A stretch of 64,000 nucleotides of DNA, from the IMG/VR virus record IMGVR_UViG_3300036399_001951, positions 32,001 to 96,000 of that record. One strand, written 5' to 3'. The notes below the pieces were generated by a model, which did not search any database, was not told where the DNA came from, and saw nothing but the letters and a program-made list of their open reading frames with translations. Position numbers and translations under genes: made by a program. Below are positions 37,207 through 46,507 of this stretch, in pieces. Position 1 is the stretch's first letter. Every line of letters begins with the position of its first letter. The stretch is from a virus.

Positions 37207-38244
37207 ATGGAAATAAATGAAATTGACGAATCAGAAGCTCAACAATATTTAGATGAGATTGATAAAGCGAGTGGAGTAAACAATTATAAGGAAAAATTAC
37301 AAACGATTGAGCCCGTTTCTGAAGATAGTACTCAAGTTGAAACACCATTACCAAAGCAGACTTCTCTTGGAAAAGCAAGAGGATTTGAGGAAATTAGCTT
37401 AAGTGCAAGCGAAGAATCTCCTTGGAAAATATTAAATCTTGAAACTTTACCATCTAATGGAATGTTTTATCCAGCTAGGGTAGAGATATTGATTAGATCT
37501 GCTAAAACCAAAGAAATCAGACACTGGTCTACTATGGATGACTATGATCCGGTTGATATAGATGAAAAGATAAATTTTATCCTAAATTCGTGCACCCGAA
37601 TTAAAATCCCAGGAGATCCAGCTCAATTTACATATAACGATATTTTACTAATTGATAGATATCACATCCTATTTAGGATATATGAATTGACTTTTCCAAA
37701 TCAAGAAAATAAATTAATGGCAAATATTAAATGCCAAGATAATAAATGTGGATTTGTAAATAAGGTTCAAGTATTGAGTAGAAATTTAAAAGGATTTGAA
37801 TTACCTGGAGAATACTTTAAATGGTATAATGAAGATGAAAGATGTTTTGTTATACCTTCTGAAAAACTACAAGAGACTCTTAAATTCTATATGCCGACAA
37901 TCGGAGTAAATACCAAAATCAGACAGCGTAGAGAGTTTGAAATTAATTCTGGACAGGAGAAAGATCCTTCATTTTATGATATTGCTCCCTATTTAATTGT
38001 AAATTGGAAAGCAGCAAATACTCAAAACCTAGGAGAATTTAAAATTAGCATGGAAGGCTGGTCAAGCGCTAAATTTAGCGCAATCTATAGATTTGTAAAA
38101 GACATGAAGGATACGTCTACAAATAAAGTTCTATGTACATGTGAAAAATGTAAAGAAAGAACGGAGAGCTCGATTTTTTTGGGAGGAAGCTTCACTGTCA
38201 AAGATATTTTCATTATTTCAGCTAGATTTGATGAACTTATTTAA
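37207..38244 (+). CDS. Baseplate hub / tail assembly chaperone (T4 gp26-like)
   Basis: LPSNGMFY, ILLIDRYHILFRIYELTF, Cys pairs CQDNKC and CEKC. Confidence 0.6.
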   Translation: MEINEIDESEAQQYLDEIDKASGVNNYKEKLQTIEPVSEDSTQVETPLPKQTSLGKARGFEEISLSASEESPWKILNLETLPSNGMFYPARVEILIRSAKTKEIRHWSTMDDYDPVDIDEKINFILNSCTRIKIPGDPAQFTYNDILLIDRYHILFRIYELTFPNQENKLMANIKCQDNKCGFVNKVQVLSRNLKGFELPGEYFKWYNEDERCFVIPSEKLQETLKFYMPTIGVNTKIRQRREFEINSGQEKDPSFYDIAPYLIVNWKAANTQNLGEFKISMEGWSSAKFSAIYRFVKDMKDTSTNKVLCTCEKCKERTESSIFLGGSFTVKDIFIISARFDELI

Positions 38245-38446
38245 GCTTAATAAAGACTTGGCGGTGAAGCTTAATCAATCCTTAGATACTCTTTATAATT
38301 TAGAATATATGGAATATTCTCTCTTAGTTAATATAATTAACGAGGAGACAGAGGAACAAAATAAAGAAATAGATATGCAGAATCAAATTAATTCACAGGG
38401 CGGCAGTTATCAGGTCGGACTGCCTTCTCATTTGAAACCTAAATAA
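38231..38446 (+). CDS. Small hub assembly protein (gp51-like as seen in T4-like cyanophages)
   Basis: MNLFKLNKDLAVKLNQSLDTLYNLEYMEYSLLVNII; ATG at 38231 overlaps the upstream gene end. Confidence 0.55.
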   Translation: MNLFKLNKDLAVKLNQSLDTLYNLEYMEYSLLVNIINEETEEQNKEIDMQNQINSQGGSYQVGLPSHLKPK

Positions 38447-38471
38447 ATAATAAAAAGAACTTTTAATTAAG

Positions 38472-40982
38472 ATGAGTACAGAGGCTGAGTTAAAGAAATT
38501 ATTAGCAGGTGATTTTAACGAGTATGTTCAAAAATATATTGCTAACTTTGGAACTATTTCAGGATCGGCTAAAAACATAGAAGACCCGGACCCTCAAGCC
38601 CGAAAGAACATTAAGTTTCTTTATCCTAAAATCGACGCATCTGACTCGGATCCAAACACGGGAGCTAGCTCCCCTGTATTAGATAAGATCTTTCCTAAAC
38701 CTGCCGACCCAAATATGTTCGCGTTGGCGCATGATAAGTCTCTTAAAAATTTAAGAGATGGCGTAAAAGGAACTCCAACCACTGCATACGTATACGAACA
38801 ACCAGGATGGAAGCAGTATTTTGATTCATTGTCAATGGCCAGACAGTTTGGATACGAAGCTATATTTCTCTCAATTGGACTATCTAACTATATAATGAGT
38901 CTGGATGAGTATAAGCAATATGTAGAAGATCTTAAGTCGAGTCCCAATTATGGCCAGGCCGTCGTGCAGGAACTTATTGATAATGGATGGTTGACTGCTC
39001 CATCTCAGTATGGAGACGGGGCAATAACCCCTAAAGGTAAAGCAGTTCCTATTGAAACGAGAAAAGAGCAGATTAGAAAAGTAGCTCAGGCCCTGTGGCA
39101 TTGGCAAAATTCAAAGAAGATCATGGCATTCATTGATAGTTATAGATGGTTTCCTTATAAAAAGCCAGATAAATTAAAGAAGAGTGACGATGCGAATAAT
39201 AAAGATCGAATAGCTGCATATAAAGATGATGTTAATATAATCAGTTCAACTGATGCGAACGCATACGGTAAAGTAGATGCATCTGGGCAAATTCCCACAG
39301 TAGATTCAAAATTTGAAGCTAGATATAGTAGAAAGATATTCACCATTCTACAAGACATTCTATATAGCACTGAGCTTGAATTAAAAAAGATTAACCCTGA
39401 ATATAGCGGAAATCTATTTGAAGAGTTAGTAGAAGGGGATAAAATACTTCGAAGAAAAAGAGCACTAGATTCTCTATTAAAGAATGGTGAGCTTGATCCA
39501 GATTTATTTGAAAAAAAGGTATGGGAGGCTCAAATTGAAGCATCATACCGTAAATTTATTGAACACTCTGAAAAAGGAAGTATAAAGGGATATAAAAAAG
39601 ATAAAAACGGAGAATTTGAGCGGGACAAAGACACTGGCGCATTAATACTAATTGACTTTACCCCTGCCCAATATATAGAACAAATTCTATCTGGAAGCAG
39701 TGAATCTTTTATTGCTGCTCTTAATAGTATAAAAATATCACCTAAATATAGAGCATGGAGAACTGACCCTGGGGGTCTACCTGCTGTGCTATTTGTATGG
39801 GAACCAGATCCTGAAATTTTAAGAGGAATATTTATTCTTAAAGCATATGCTGGTGATCCAGATAAAATCAACAGTATTATATATCCAAAGACTCCTCTTG
39901 CTGATGTAGATGCACCTAAATCTGAAGGTGGAGTAATTAGAAAAATATTTGGAGAAAAAGTAGGCTTTAAATCTGGAGAACCAAGCGTGTCTACTTCAGG
40001 TGGATTTCTTTTGACTCCAGAACAAAGAAAAGAATTGAAAGAGGAGAGAAAACAGGCGAGAGTAGAGAAAAGAGAAGAAAGAGAAAATAAAAAAGACGGA
40101 GCTAGTGTAGGGTCTGGATCTAATTCAGTTGGTGTATTTGAAGCCAAGGCAGGATCCCCTGAGCCTGAATCATCTTCTGTAGTAGGTGGAGCTACAAATA
40201 TTACTAATATTAATAATCAAGAAATAACAGCTAATGATCAAAATAAGACTATTAATGAAGGATCTAATGTATTAAATTCAAAGGACAACACAAATGTAAT
40301 GGTTAAAAATGAGAGCCCAGATTCTTCTGGGTCAGGTGGAAGTGGATCCTCTCAGGTTAATGTTAATACGGCAAACGAAACTAAATCAGTTGCAAATATT
40401 AATAATGCTAGCACTGTCTCAGGTTCAGATAAATCAGTGGATATGTCACAAACAAATCCATCTATATCGAATACCCAAAATGAATTATCAAAGTCAATTA
40501 ATAATTCAAATGTAGGAGGATCTGCAGGTTCAAATCAATCACTGAATACATCAGTTACGAACTCAAATCCTGTGATTTCAAGTTCATCCATTAATAATCA
40601 AAATGAATCTAATATTAATTCCTCAAATATTGCTAATAATATTAAAAATGAGTCTAAGGGATCAGACGTTAAAGTAGACCGAAGTCAGGTTAATGTATCT
40701 AACTTAAAATCCAATAGCGTTAATTCTGAATCATTAACTGCATCTTCTCAAAATCCTCCAATGATAAGCAGAGGGGACGCTAATTCTTCAACAGTAAATA
40801 ATATCACTAGTCAAAATGAAGGAGATCAGACTGCGGGTAATGTGACTAATAATACAGATAATTCAATGTCAAAGACTCCAATTATTCAAAACAATATCGA
40901 TATGTCTGAGATGATTAGTCGACTTAAAAGAATTGAGGAGGCCCTATTGAGTCCACTAGAAGTTAAAATAATAGACGCATAA
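38472..40982 (+). CDS. Hypothetical virion protein with Asn/Ser-rich low-complexity C-terminus (possible hub/tape-measure-like)
   Basis: 836-aa ORF following the chaperone pair. Confidence 0.45.
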   Translation: MSTEAELKKLLAGDFNEYVQKYIANFGTISGSAKNIEDPDPQARKNIKFLYPKIDASDSDPNTGASSPVLDKIFPKPADPNMFALAHDKSLKNLRDGVKGTPTTAYVYEQPGWKQYFDSLSMARQFGYEAIFLSIGLSNYIMSLDEYKQYVEDLKSSPNYGQAVVQELIDNGWLTAPSQYGDGAITPKGKAVPIETRKEQIRKVAQALWHWQNSKKIMAFIDSYRWFPYKKPDKLKKSDDANNKDRIAAYKDDVNIISSTDANAYGKVDASGQIPTVDSKFEARYSRKIFTILQDILYSTELELKKINPEYSGNLFEELVEGDKILRRKRALDSLLKNGELDPDLFEKKVWEAQIEASYRKFIEHSEKGSIKGYKKDKNGEFERDKDTGALILIDFTPAQYIEQILSGSSESFIAALNSIKISPKYRAWRTDPGGLPAVLFVWEPDPEILRGIFILKAYAGDPDKINSIIYPKTPLADVDAPKSEGGVIRKIFGEKVGFKSGEPSVSTSGGFLLTPEQRKELKEERKQARVEKREERENKKDGASVGSGSNSVGVFEAKAGSPEPESSSVVGGATNITNINNQEITANDQNKTINEGSNVLNSKDNTNVMVKNESPDSSGSGGSGSSQVNVNTANETKSVANINNASTVSGSDKSVDMSQTNPSISNTQNELSKSINNSNVGGSAGSNQSLNTSVTNSNPVISSSSINNQNESNINSSNIANNIKNESKGSDVKVDRSQVNVSNLKSNSVNSESLTASSQNPPMISRGDANSSTVNNITSQNEGDQTAGNVTNNTDNSMSKTPIIQNNIDMSEMISRLKRIEEALLSPLEVKIIDA

Positions 40983-40983
40983 T

Positions 40984-41232
40984 ATGAATATAAAACCCGA
41001 GCTAATTAGCGAGATGATCCGTTTAAGTAATGAATATAATCACCTTCATTCTCAAATGATGGAATTAGAAACAGAACTTATAAATTTATCTAATAAGAGA
41101 GAAATTTTAAGTTCTAAGTTAAATGATTGTCGATCCCTTGAAAAAGTATTGATAAATAAGATTGAGAAGGATACCAAGCAAACGGTAACCGCTGATCTTT
41201 TAAATAATATATTATTAAATGAAAAATCTTAG
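40984..41232 (+). CDS. Small coiled-coil protein
   Basis: 82-aa heptad-rich ORF. Confidence 0.6.
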   Translation: MNIKPELISEMIRLSNEYNHLHSQMMELETELINLSNKREILSSKLNDCRSLEKVLINKIEKDTKQTVTADLLNNILLNEKS

Positions 41233-42010
41233 AGAAAACTTAACTTTCATTATTATCCTAGTCCTAGTCGCTGTGATTCTATGGATGAGATGGGAAAATC
41301 AATTAGCTCAAAAGAAGCTAATGGAAGAAGTCAATTCAGCGAATCGAGAACTGGTAAAATTAGATAAGCTAAAAAAAGAATCAGACGGGCAATATGCAAA
41401 ACTGGTTAATTATTTTAGTTCTCAACGAGAATTAAATCAACAGCTAGCTGAAGATAATAAAGATCTTAGTAAATTATTAAAAAAGCAGGATGAAAGACTA
41501 CTAATGATTAACAAATCTATTATTTCATTAGAAGGAGCAGTATCTGAAGGTGGAGTCACAGTTGATCCTAAAGATACTTCAATTATCAATCTTTCCCTAA
41601 AATATCCGAGCTCGGAAGAGGCATTTATAAATTGGAATGGTAAGATATTTTCAAAAACCAAATCTTATCTTGGAGAATGGTCATTCGGTAAATTACCTTT
41701 ACAAATCATATTAACTGAAACTAGCAGAGGATTATGGAATTCTAGATTAATTGGACCTAGTTGGTTGAAGGTAGATAGTATGCAAATTAACAGTCTACCA
41801 CCTGATAAAATAGTTTCCGTTGAATATCAAAAAGTAGGATTCCTATTAGGAGGAGGATATTTTAAGTCGTTCTCTCAATCTCAAACCGATGCTTTCTCTA
41901 TTACTGGCGGGGCTTATATTAAAAATCATAATCTATTAGTGAATTTAACTAGCATAGGTCAAGTTGGAGTAAGCTATGTATATAGATTTAATGCTAAAAA
42001 GAAAAAATAA
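41219..42010 (+). CDS. Membrane-anchored coiled-coil protein with C-terminal amphipathic beta strands, spanin-like
   Basis: N-terminal TM, coiled coil, then VGFLLGGGY...VGVSYVYRF. Confidence 0.5.
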   Translation: MKNLRENLTFIIILVLVAVILWMRWENQLAQKKLMEEVNSANRELVKLDKLKKESDGQYAKLVNYFSSQRELNQQLAEDNKDLSKLLKKQDERLLMINKSIISLEGAVSEGGVTVDPKDTSIINLSLKYPSSEEAFINWNGKIFSKTKSYLGEWSFGKLPLQIILTETSRGLWNSRLIGPSWLKVDSMQINSLPPDKIVSVEYQKVGFLLGGGYFKSFSQSQTDAFSITGGAYIKNHNLLVNLTSIGQVGVSYVYRFNAKKKK

Positions 42011-42012
42011 AA

Positions 42013-44046
42013 ATGACTCAAAGTAGATTTGTAAATATATCGACATATTGTATTGCAGAATATATGTTTGAGCCCTTAAGCTCAACTAATTTTCTAAGCG
42101 AAGATTTTATATTATTAGAAAACGAAACTCTAGATATTAATCAAATTATAAACACCGATGCTGCCTTAAATACTACTAGAAACGTAAAGGATTTATCAGT
42201 GGTACCGATAGGAAATAATAAGTTTGCATACTTAGATTCTGAAAAGATACCTGACTATTTATCATATGATACTAATATTGTTCAAACTAATGTAAATGGA
42301 TATTCTATTCCATATGATAAGGTAAGATTTCACTTCATATCTGGATTTACTCCAACTCAATTCGAGGGACTGATCTTAAGTATCCGACACCTTCAAAACA
42401 ATGCAAAGACTAATGTTTTTGCAAATATAATTTTAACTAGAGAAACATTTGACGATCTAATAACATTTAATCCTAAGCCTCTATTTTTAGCAAATTCAAC
42501 ATACGATAGGTATGTGGATATTAAAATACCTTCAATTAAAAATATTAATGAAGATTATAAAACGGCTCTTAATCAGGCTAATACGTTTGCAGCTAAAATA
42601 ACGCCATCGCCTAGTGGAGGATATAGTGGATTTGTTTACAATAATCAGATTACTGTAAACCTGTCTGAATGTCGTAGAAGGTCTGTTATAAACACTAATG
42701 TCGGAACAACATACGATATATTTGAAGTTAGTGATAGCTTTGATGCTTCATTATCTCAAAGTAATGAATTTGACTCAGTGGGAGCATATGTTGGAGAATC
42801 TACAAATGGAGATTTTATTGAGTATTATTTAACATACGAAGGAGGATTTCCAGAGGATCTAATTGCTATTTTAAACCGAAGAAATCCGTCTAATGATTGG
42901 ATTGTAATTCACCAACTTAGTATTTTTGAGCAATTAGGAAGCTCATTTGTAAATACAGGCAGACAGGTAATATTCCAAGAGGATAAATTTGATGAACCAC
43001 TTGTTATTAGACCAGTATTGAGAAATGCAGGCCATGCAGTGAGTATGGCAATCGATCTAGTATGTAGATTAACTAATAGATTAAATGGGGAGCAGATAAT
43101 TAGAGAGGCCTCATTTACTCTGCTTTCTCCTAAAAAATACGGAAGAAATCTAACGGTCATTCCATTAACAGACGAGCCGCAAAGTCAAAAAATATACAAC
43201 AAAATAATAAAAGCTAATTTTGAAGCTAGTAACTTATTTATTGAGCCTTCATTTGCCCCTGGATTTGGAGTTACTCCAACTCAAGAAGAGGCCCCTGCTC
43301 AAAAATCAGTAGAGTATATTCCAATATTCTTTAGCAATAATAACATATCTGCATCTAATTCTAATGGACTTTTACAGACTTCAGATACTGCAGATGAGGT
43401 TATATTTGGACCAGGACAATTAAGATTTATTGTTTCTCCATTTGATAACGCAATCAAAATTAAACTATACAACGTAATCAATGAGGTTGCGATTCCATTA
43501 GATTTAAATTTAAATAATTCTAGATTTCAATTAGTCTTTGATTTAGATACTGGCAAGGTACCAATTTCTAATACAAACAGTGCAACTGAGGAGAACCTAT
43601 CAACTGGTGAAATAATGTTTAAAATCTCTAAGGCTGATAGCCAAAAGATTGTAGAATCATCAAATAGATCAGTTTATATAACTTCAATTGCTCAAAACGG
43701 AACTGAAAGCTTAATGTATTCTGGAGAATGGAGATTATCATCTGAGCAGTCTGAAATAGATGACCTTGTGAAGTCTATAAGAGGAGAAGTGACTAAACGA
43801 ATTAGTGATGCTGAGCGAATTATAGAATTAGAAGAAGAAGTAGAAGAATTGAGGAAACAGATACTTAACTCCGCCGTAAAAGGAGCTAGAGATGCGATCA
43901 GGGGATCGATTAAACTAAAAGCAGTTGCTCCAACTGTAAATAGAGTATTTACTAAAAATCCAACCGCAATAAAAACAAACGCTGGGAATTTAGATGATTT
44001 AGGATCCAATAGAAGAAAATTCGATCCATTCGATAGAAGAAAATAA
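42013..44046 (+). CDS. Hypothetical protein, probably structural
   Basis: 677-aa ORF; no catalytic motif recognised. Confidence 0.6.
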   Translation: MTQSRFVNISTYCIAEYMFEPLSSTNFLSEDFILLENETLDINQIINTDAALNTTRNVKDLSVVPIGNNKFAYLDSEKIPDYLSYDTNIVQTNVNGYSIPYDKVRFHFISGFTPTQFEGLILSIRHLQNNAKTNVFANIILTRETFDDLITFNPKPLFLANSTYDRYVDIKIPSIKNINEDYKTALNQANTFAAKITPSPSGGYSGFVYNNQITVNLSECRRRSVINTNVGTTYDIFEVSDSFDASLSQSNEFDSVGAYVGESTNGDFIEYYLTYEGGFPEDLIAILNRRNPSNDWIVIHQLSIFEQLGSSFVNTGRQVIFQEDKFDEPLVIRPVLRNAGHAVSMAIDLVCRLTNRLNGEQIIREASFTLLSPKKYGRNLTVIPLTDEPQSQKIYNKIIKANFEASNLFIEPSFAPGFGVTPTQEEAPAQKSVEYIPIFFSNNNISASNSNGLLQTSDTADEVIFGPGQLRFIVSPFDNAIKIKLYNVINEVAIPLDLNLNNSRFQLVFDLDTGKVPISNTNSATEENLSTGEIMFKISKADSQKIVESSNRSVYITSIAQNGTESLMYSGEWRLSSEQSEIDDLVKSIRGEVTKRISDAERIIELEEEVEELRKQILNSAVKGARDAIRGSIKLKAVAPTVNRVFTKNPTAIKTNAGNLDDLGSNRRKFDPFDRRK

Positions 44047-44098
44047 TTACTTTTTCAATTTAAATGAAGATAAATAAATTAAAATAATTAGCATAGAA

Positions 44099-46117
44099 AT
44101 GAAAGATTTCGTAAATAGTGTGTTACACGAATTGCAAACTAATCCGGAAGTTAACTCAAATCAATTAATCGGACTTGTTATAGAATCTGCAAATAAATCT
44201 ATCCAAACCGGAGAAAGATATGAAGTGATATATGAACAGGTAAAAAGAGGACTAATTGAAGTTAATAAACATGTTAAGAGTAACTCAGTTAAAAATATAT
44301 TAGATCAATTTAGAAAAATAGATTTTAAACCAGAATCTAAATTAAAAGAATTTGCTAAAATAGCTAACTTAGGAGGAAAATTAAAAGGGATTAAGGAATC
44401 TACCGCGTATTCTCATCCAATGATTGCATATAAAGTAGATGAATATTTAAGTCGAATTAATTCTGGAACTCCGGAATTTACTCTATATCCTTCTTTCATT
44501 CAAGATTTTAAACAGCATTCTGTTGAATCTTCTGTTGCCAATGCAGTTAAATCAGTAAGTAAAATAGTAGAATCAAACTTAGCAGATTTTGAGATGCTAA
44601 ACACGATCCAATTAATGGAATCTTACAATTCATCAGGTATGTATGCTAACATTATTCCAGACCTTACTGATATGTTGTTGGAGAATACTTACACATCAGA
44701 TATTATTAACTTTAAGTATGGGCAAACTGGATTACCTATGATAACGGGTCTAGTTAATTCTCTTAAGTTGATAGAGTCTAAATTAGATGATACTTTTAAT
44801 TTGGGAATTGGCGATTCTACTACTACTGTTAGAAATGCAATTGCTCCTGCTATTAAAAGTAGTAAGACATCGGTTTTAACTTATATGGACAATAGATTCA
44901 TTAGAGTTACTGAATCAAACAATTTAGATGGTAGTGAAGTTGAAGTATTCGTTAAAAAAGGAGGATATAGTATTTCTGAAATTGATCCTAATTGGGTTAA
45001 AGAAAATCATTCAGATTTCTATTCTTTTTGCGAATCTTTTGCATATTTAGGATTCAAAGAAATGGGTCTATATGAAGGTATTGAAACTTCTTCTATTAGA
45101 GGATTTAAATTAGGCCTTGTTCCAAATCAAAATAAAGAATTGGATTTATATTTAAATGAATCAAAGGTTCAAAACGTTCATAATATTAATTTAACTGAGG
45201 CTCTTGCCCTAGTTGATGATCGAACTAAGAGAGCAGTTAAAACAGTATTTGAAAATATCAGATCAGTATTTAATTTTGAATTTATCAAGAATATCAAGAA
45301 TGACATTACCTTAGCTGAATCTACCGTATTTAATTTAGGTAAAAACTATTTCTTGTGCCAAAAGCCAAATGTAGCTGAAAGAATTTGGGATCCAGTTGAT
45401 GAGGCTAAATTATATGAACATTTTGCTACTAACTTTAATTATGACATCAGCTCAATATTTAAAACTAAAGTTAATGAATCTTTTAAAAATAAAGAGGCAA
45501 TTGAATTTAGAAAAAGAGAAATATTAGAAAGCGTTGAAAAATTAGAAGCAACTGTTAAAAAATTAGACGTTACCATTAATTCTGATGATGTTGACATCTC
45601 TGATATTTCTAGATTAGAAGAATTAAAAGAATCTATTGAAGGTACTATTGAATCCTTAAAATTAGAATATATTGATACTGATCTATTAAAAAGAAGAGTA
45701 AACGAAAAAAAGAAGATAGATCAAGACGGAGACGGAGATAATGACTGGGATGACGTTAAGATTGCTAGAATGAAAGCATCAGCAGAGGCTGCTAAGTCTA
45801 AAAAAAAAAAGGAAAAAAAGTTAAATGAAGAAGCTGAGGGATTTGGCCTATCTAGCGAAGGTCAAGTAACTGGCTCAACTCAAGTGTACTATCTATCAGG
45901 AACCGAAGTTCCTATGGGAGATAAAGCTAAACTTAAATTATCTAAAGACGGATCTGGCTCACCTATGATGCACAGCGAAGGCGTTTATGTAGTTGAAATT
46001 ATAGAAGCACTACCTGAATTTCCATTTGGACCTGGAGAAGCATGGATCCACCAGGCAAAGAAGGTAGACGGAGACAACAAATGGTATTTAACGAGCAGCG
46101 AAGGAGCTGGAGAATAA
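44099..46117 (+). CDS. Possible prohead core/scaffold-type protein
   Basis: Many (L/I/V)xE sites, coiled coil, DQDGDGDND motif, late motif at 44070. Confidence 0.4.
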   Translation: MKDFVNSVLHELQTNPEVNSNQLIGLVIESANKSIQTGERYEVIYEQVKRGLIEVNKHVKSNSVKNILDQFRKIDFKPESKLKEFAKIANLGGKLKGIKESTAYSHPMIAYKVDEYLSRINSGTPEFTLYPSFIQDFKQHSVESSVANAVKSVSKIVESNLADFEMLNTIQLMESYNSSGMYANIIPDLTDMLLENTYTSDIINFKYGQTGLPMITGLVNSLKLIESKLDDTFNLGIGDSTTTVRNAIAPAIKSSKTSVLTYMDNRFIRVTESNNLDGSEVEVFVKKGGYSISEIDPNWVKENHSDFYSFCESFAYLGFKEMGLYEGIETSSIRGFKLGLVPNQNKELDLYLNESKVQNVHNINLTEALALVDDRTKRAVKTVFENIRSVFNFEFIKNIKNDITLAESTVFNLGKNYFLCQKPNVAERIWDPVDEAKLYEHFATNFNYDISSIFKTKVNESFKNKEAIEFRKREILESVEKLEATVKKLDVTINSDDVDISDISRLEELKESIEGTIESLKLEYIDTDLLKRRVNEKKKIDQDGDGDNDWDDVKIARMKASAEAAKSKKKKEKKLNEEAEGFGLSSEGQVTGSTQVYYLSGTEVPMGDKAKLKLSKDGSGSPMMHSEGVYVVEIIEALPEFPFGPGEAWIHQAKKVDGDNKWYLTSSEGAGE

Positions 46118-46138
46118 TTAACATTCACATACATTACT

Positions 46139-46168
46139 AAAGGGCAAATATTTTATTTGCCCTTTTTT
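46139..46168 (+). terminator. Rho-independent terminator
   Basis: AAAGGGCAAATA-ttt-TATTTGCCCTTT followed by a T tract. Confidence 0.85.
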
Positions 46169-46222
46169 ATTTTAATTTAAATCTTAGTATATTTAATTTA
46201 GTATAATAGAATAAAATTAGAT

Positions 46223-46507
46223 ATGTCAGAAAAAGAACAAGAGGAGAGTCTATGTCAAAGAGCACATCGCATCGTATTTGACCGAACAGAAGAAACAGAT
46301 CGAATGTATGGCCCTTTCTCAGAAGGAATGGATAGAGCTGCTGCAATATTCACCGCAAGTACCGGAATTAAAATAGAAGGTAGACACATGTATTTAGCAA
46401 TGGTTGCCCTTAAATTATCTAGAGAAAGCTATAATCACAAATCTGATAATTTATTAGACGCAATAGCATATTTACAAGGATTAGAAAATTATGAAAATAA
46501 AAAATAA
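46223..46507 (+). CDS. DUF6378-like / nucleotide pyrophosphohydrolase-like small protein
   Basis: R.YGPF...MVALKLSR...DNLLDAIAY. Confidence 0.65.
   Translation: MSEKEQEESLCQRAHRIVFDRTEETDRMYGPFSEGMDRAAAIFTASTGIKIEGRHMYLAMVALKLSRESYNHKSDNLLDAIAYLQGLENYENKK

Noticed and set aside
39530-40147. 205-aa antisense ORF, and other antisense ORFs such as 57045..57488
   Set aside because: They lie fully or largely opposite well-supported genes, with atypical composition and no expression signals
45800-45810. A11 tract as a phase-variation or frameshift site
   Set aside because: The frame stays open and the tract encodes a Lys run; a similar T10 tract at 25446-55 also just encodes Lys on the minus strand
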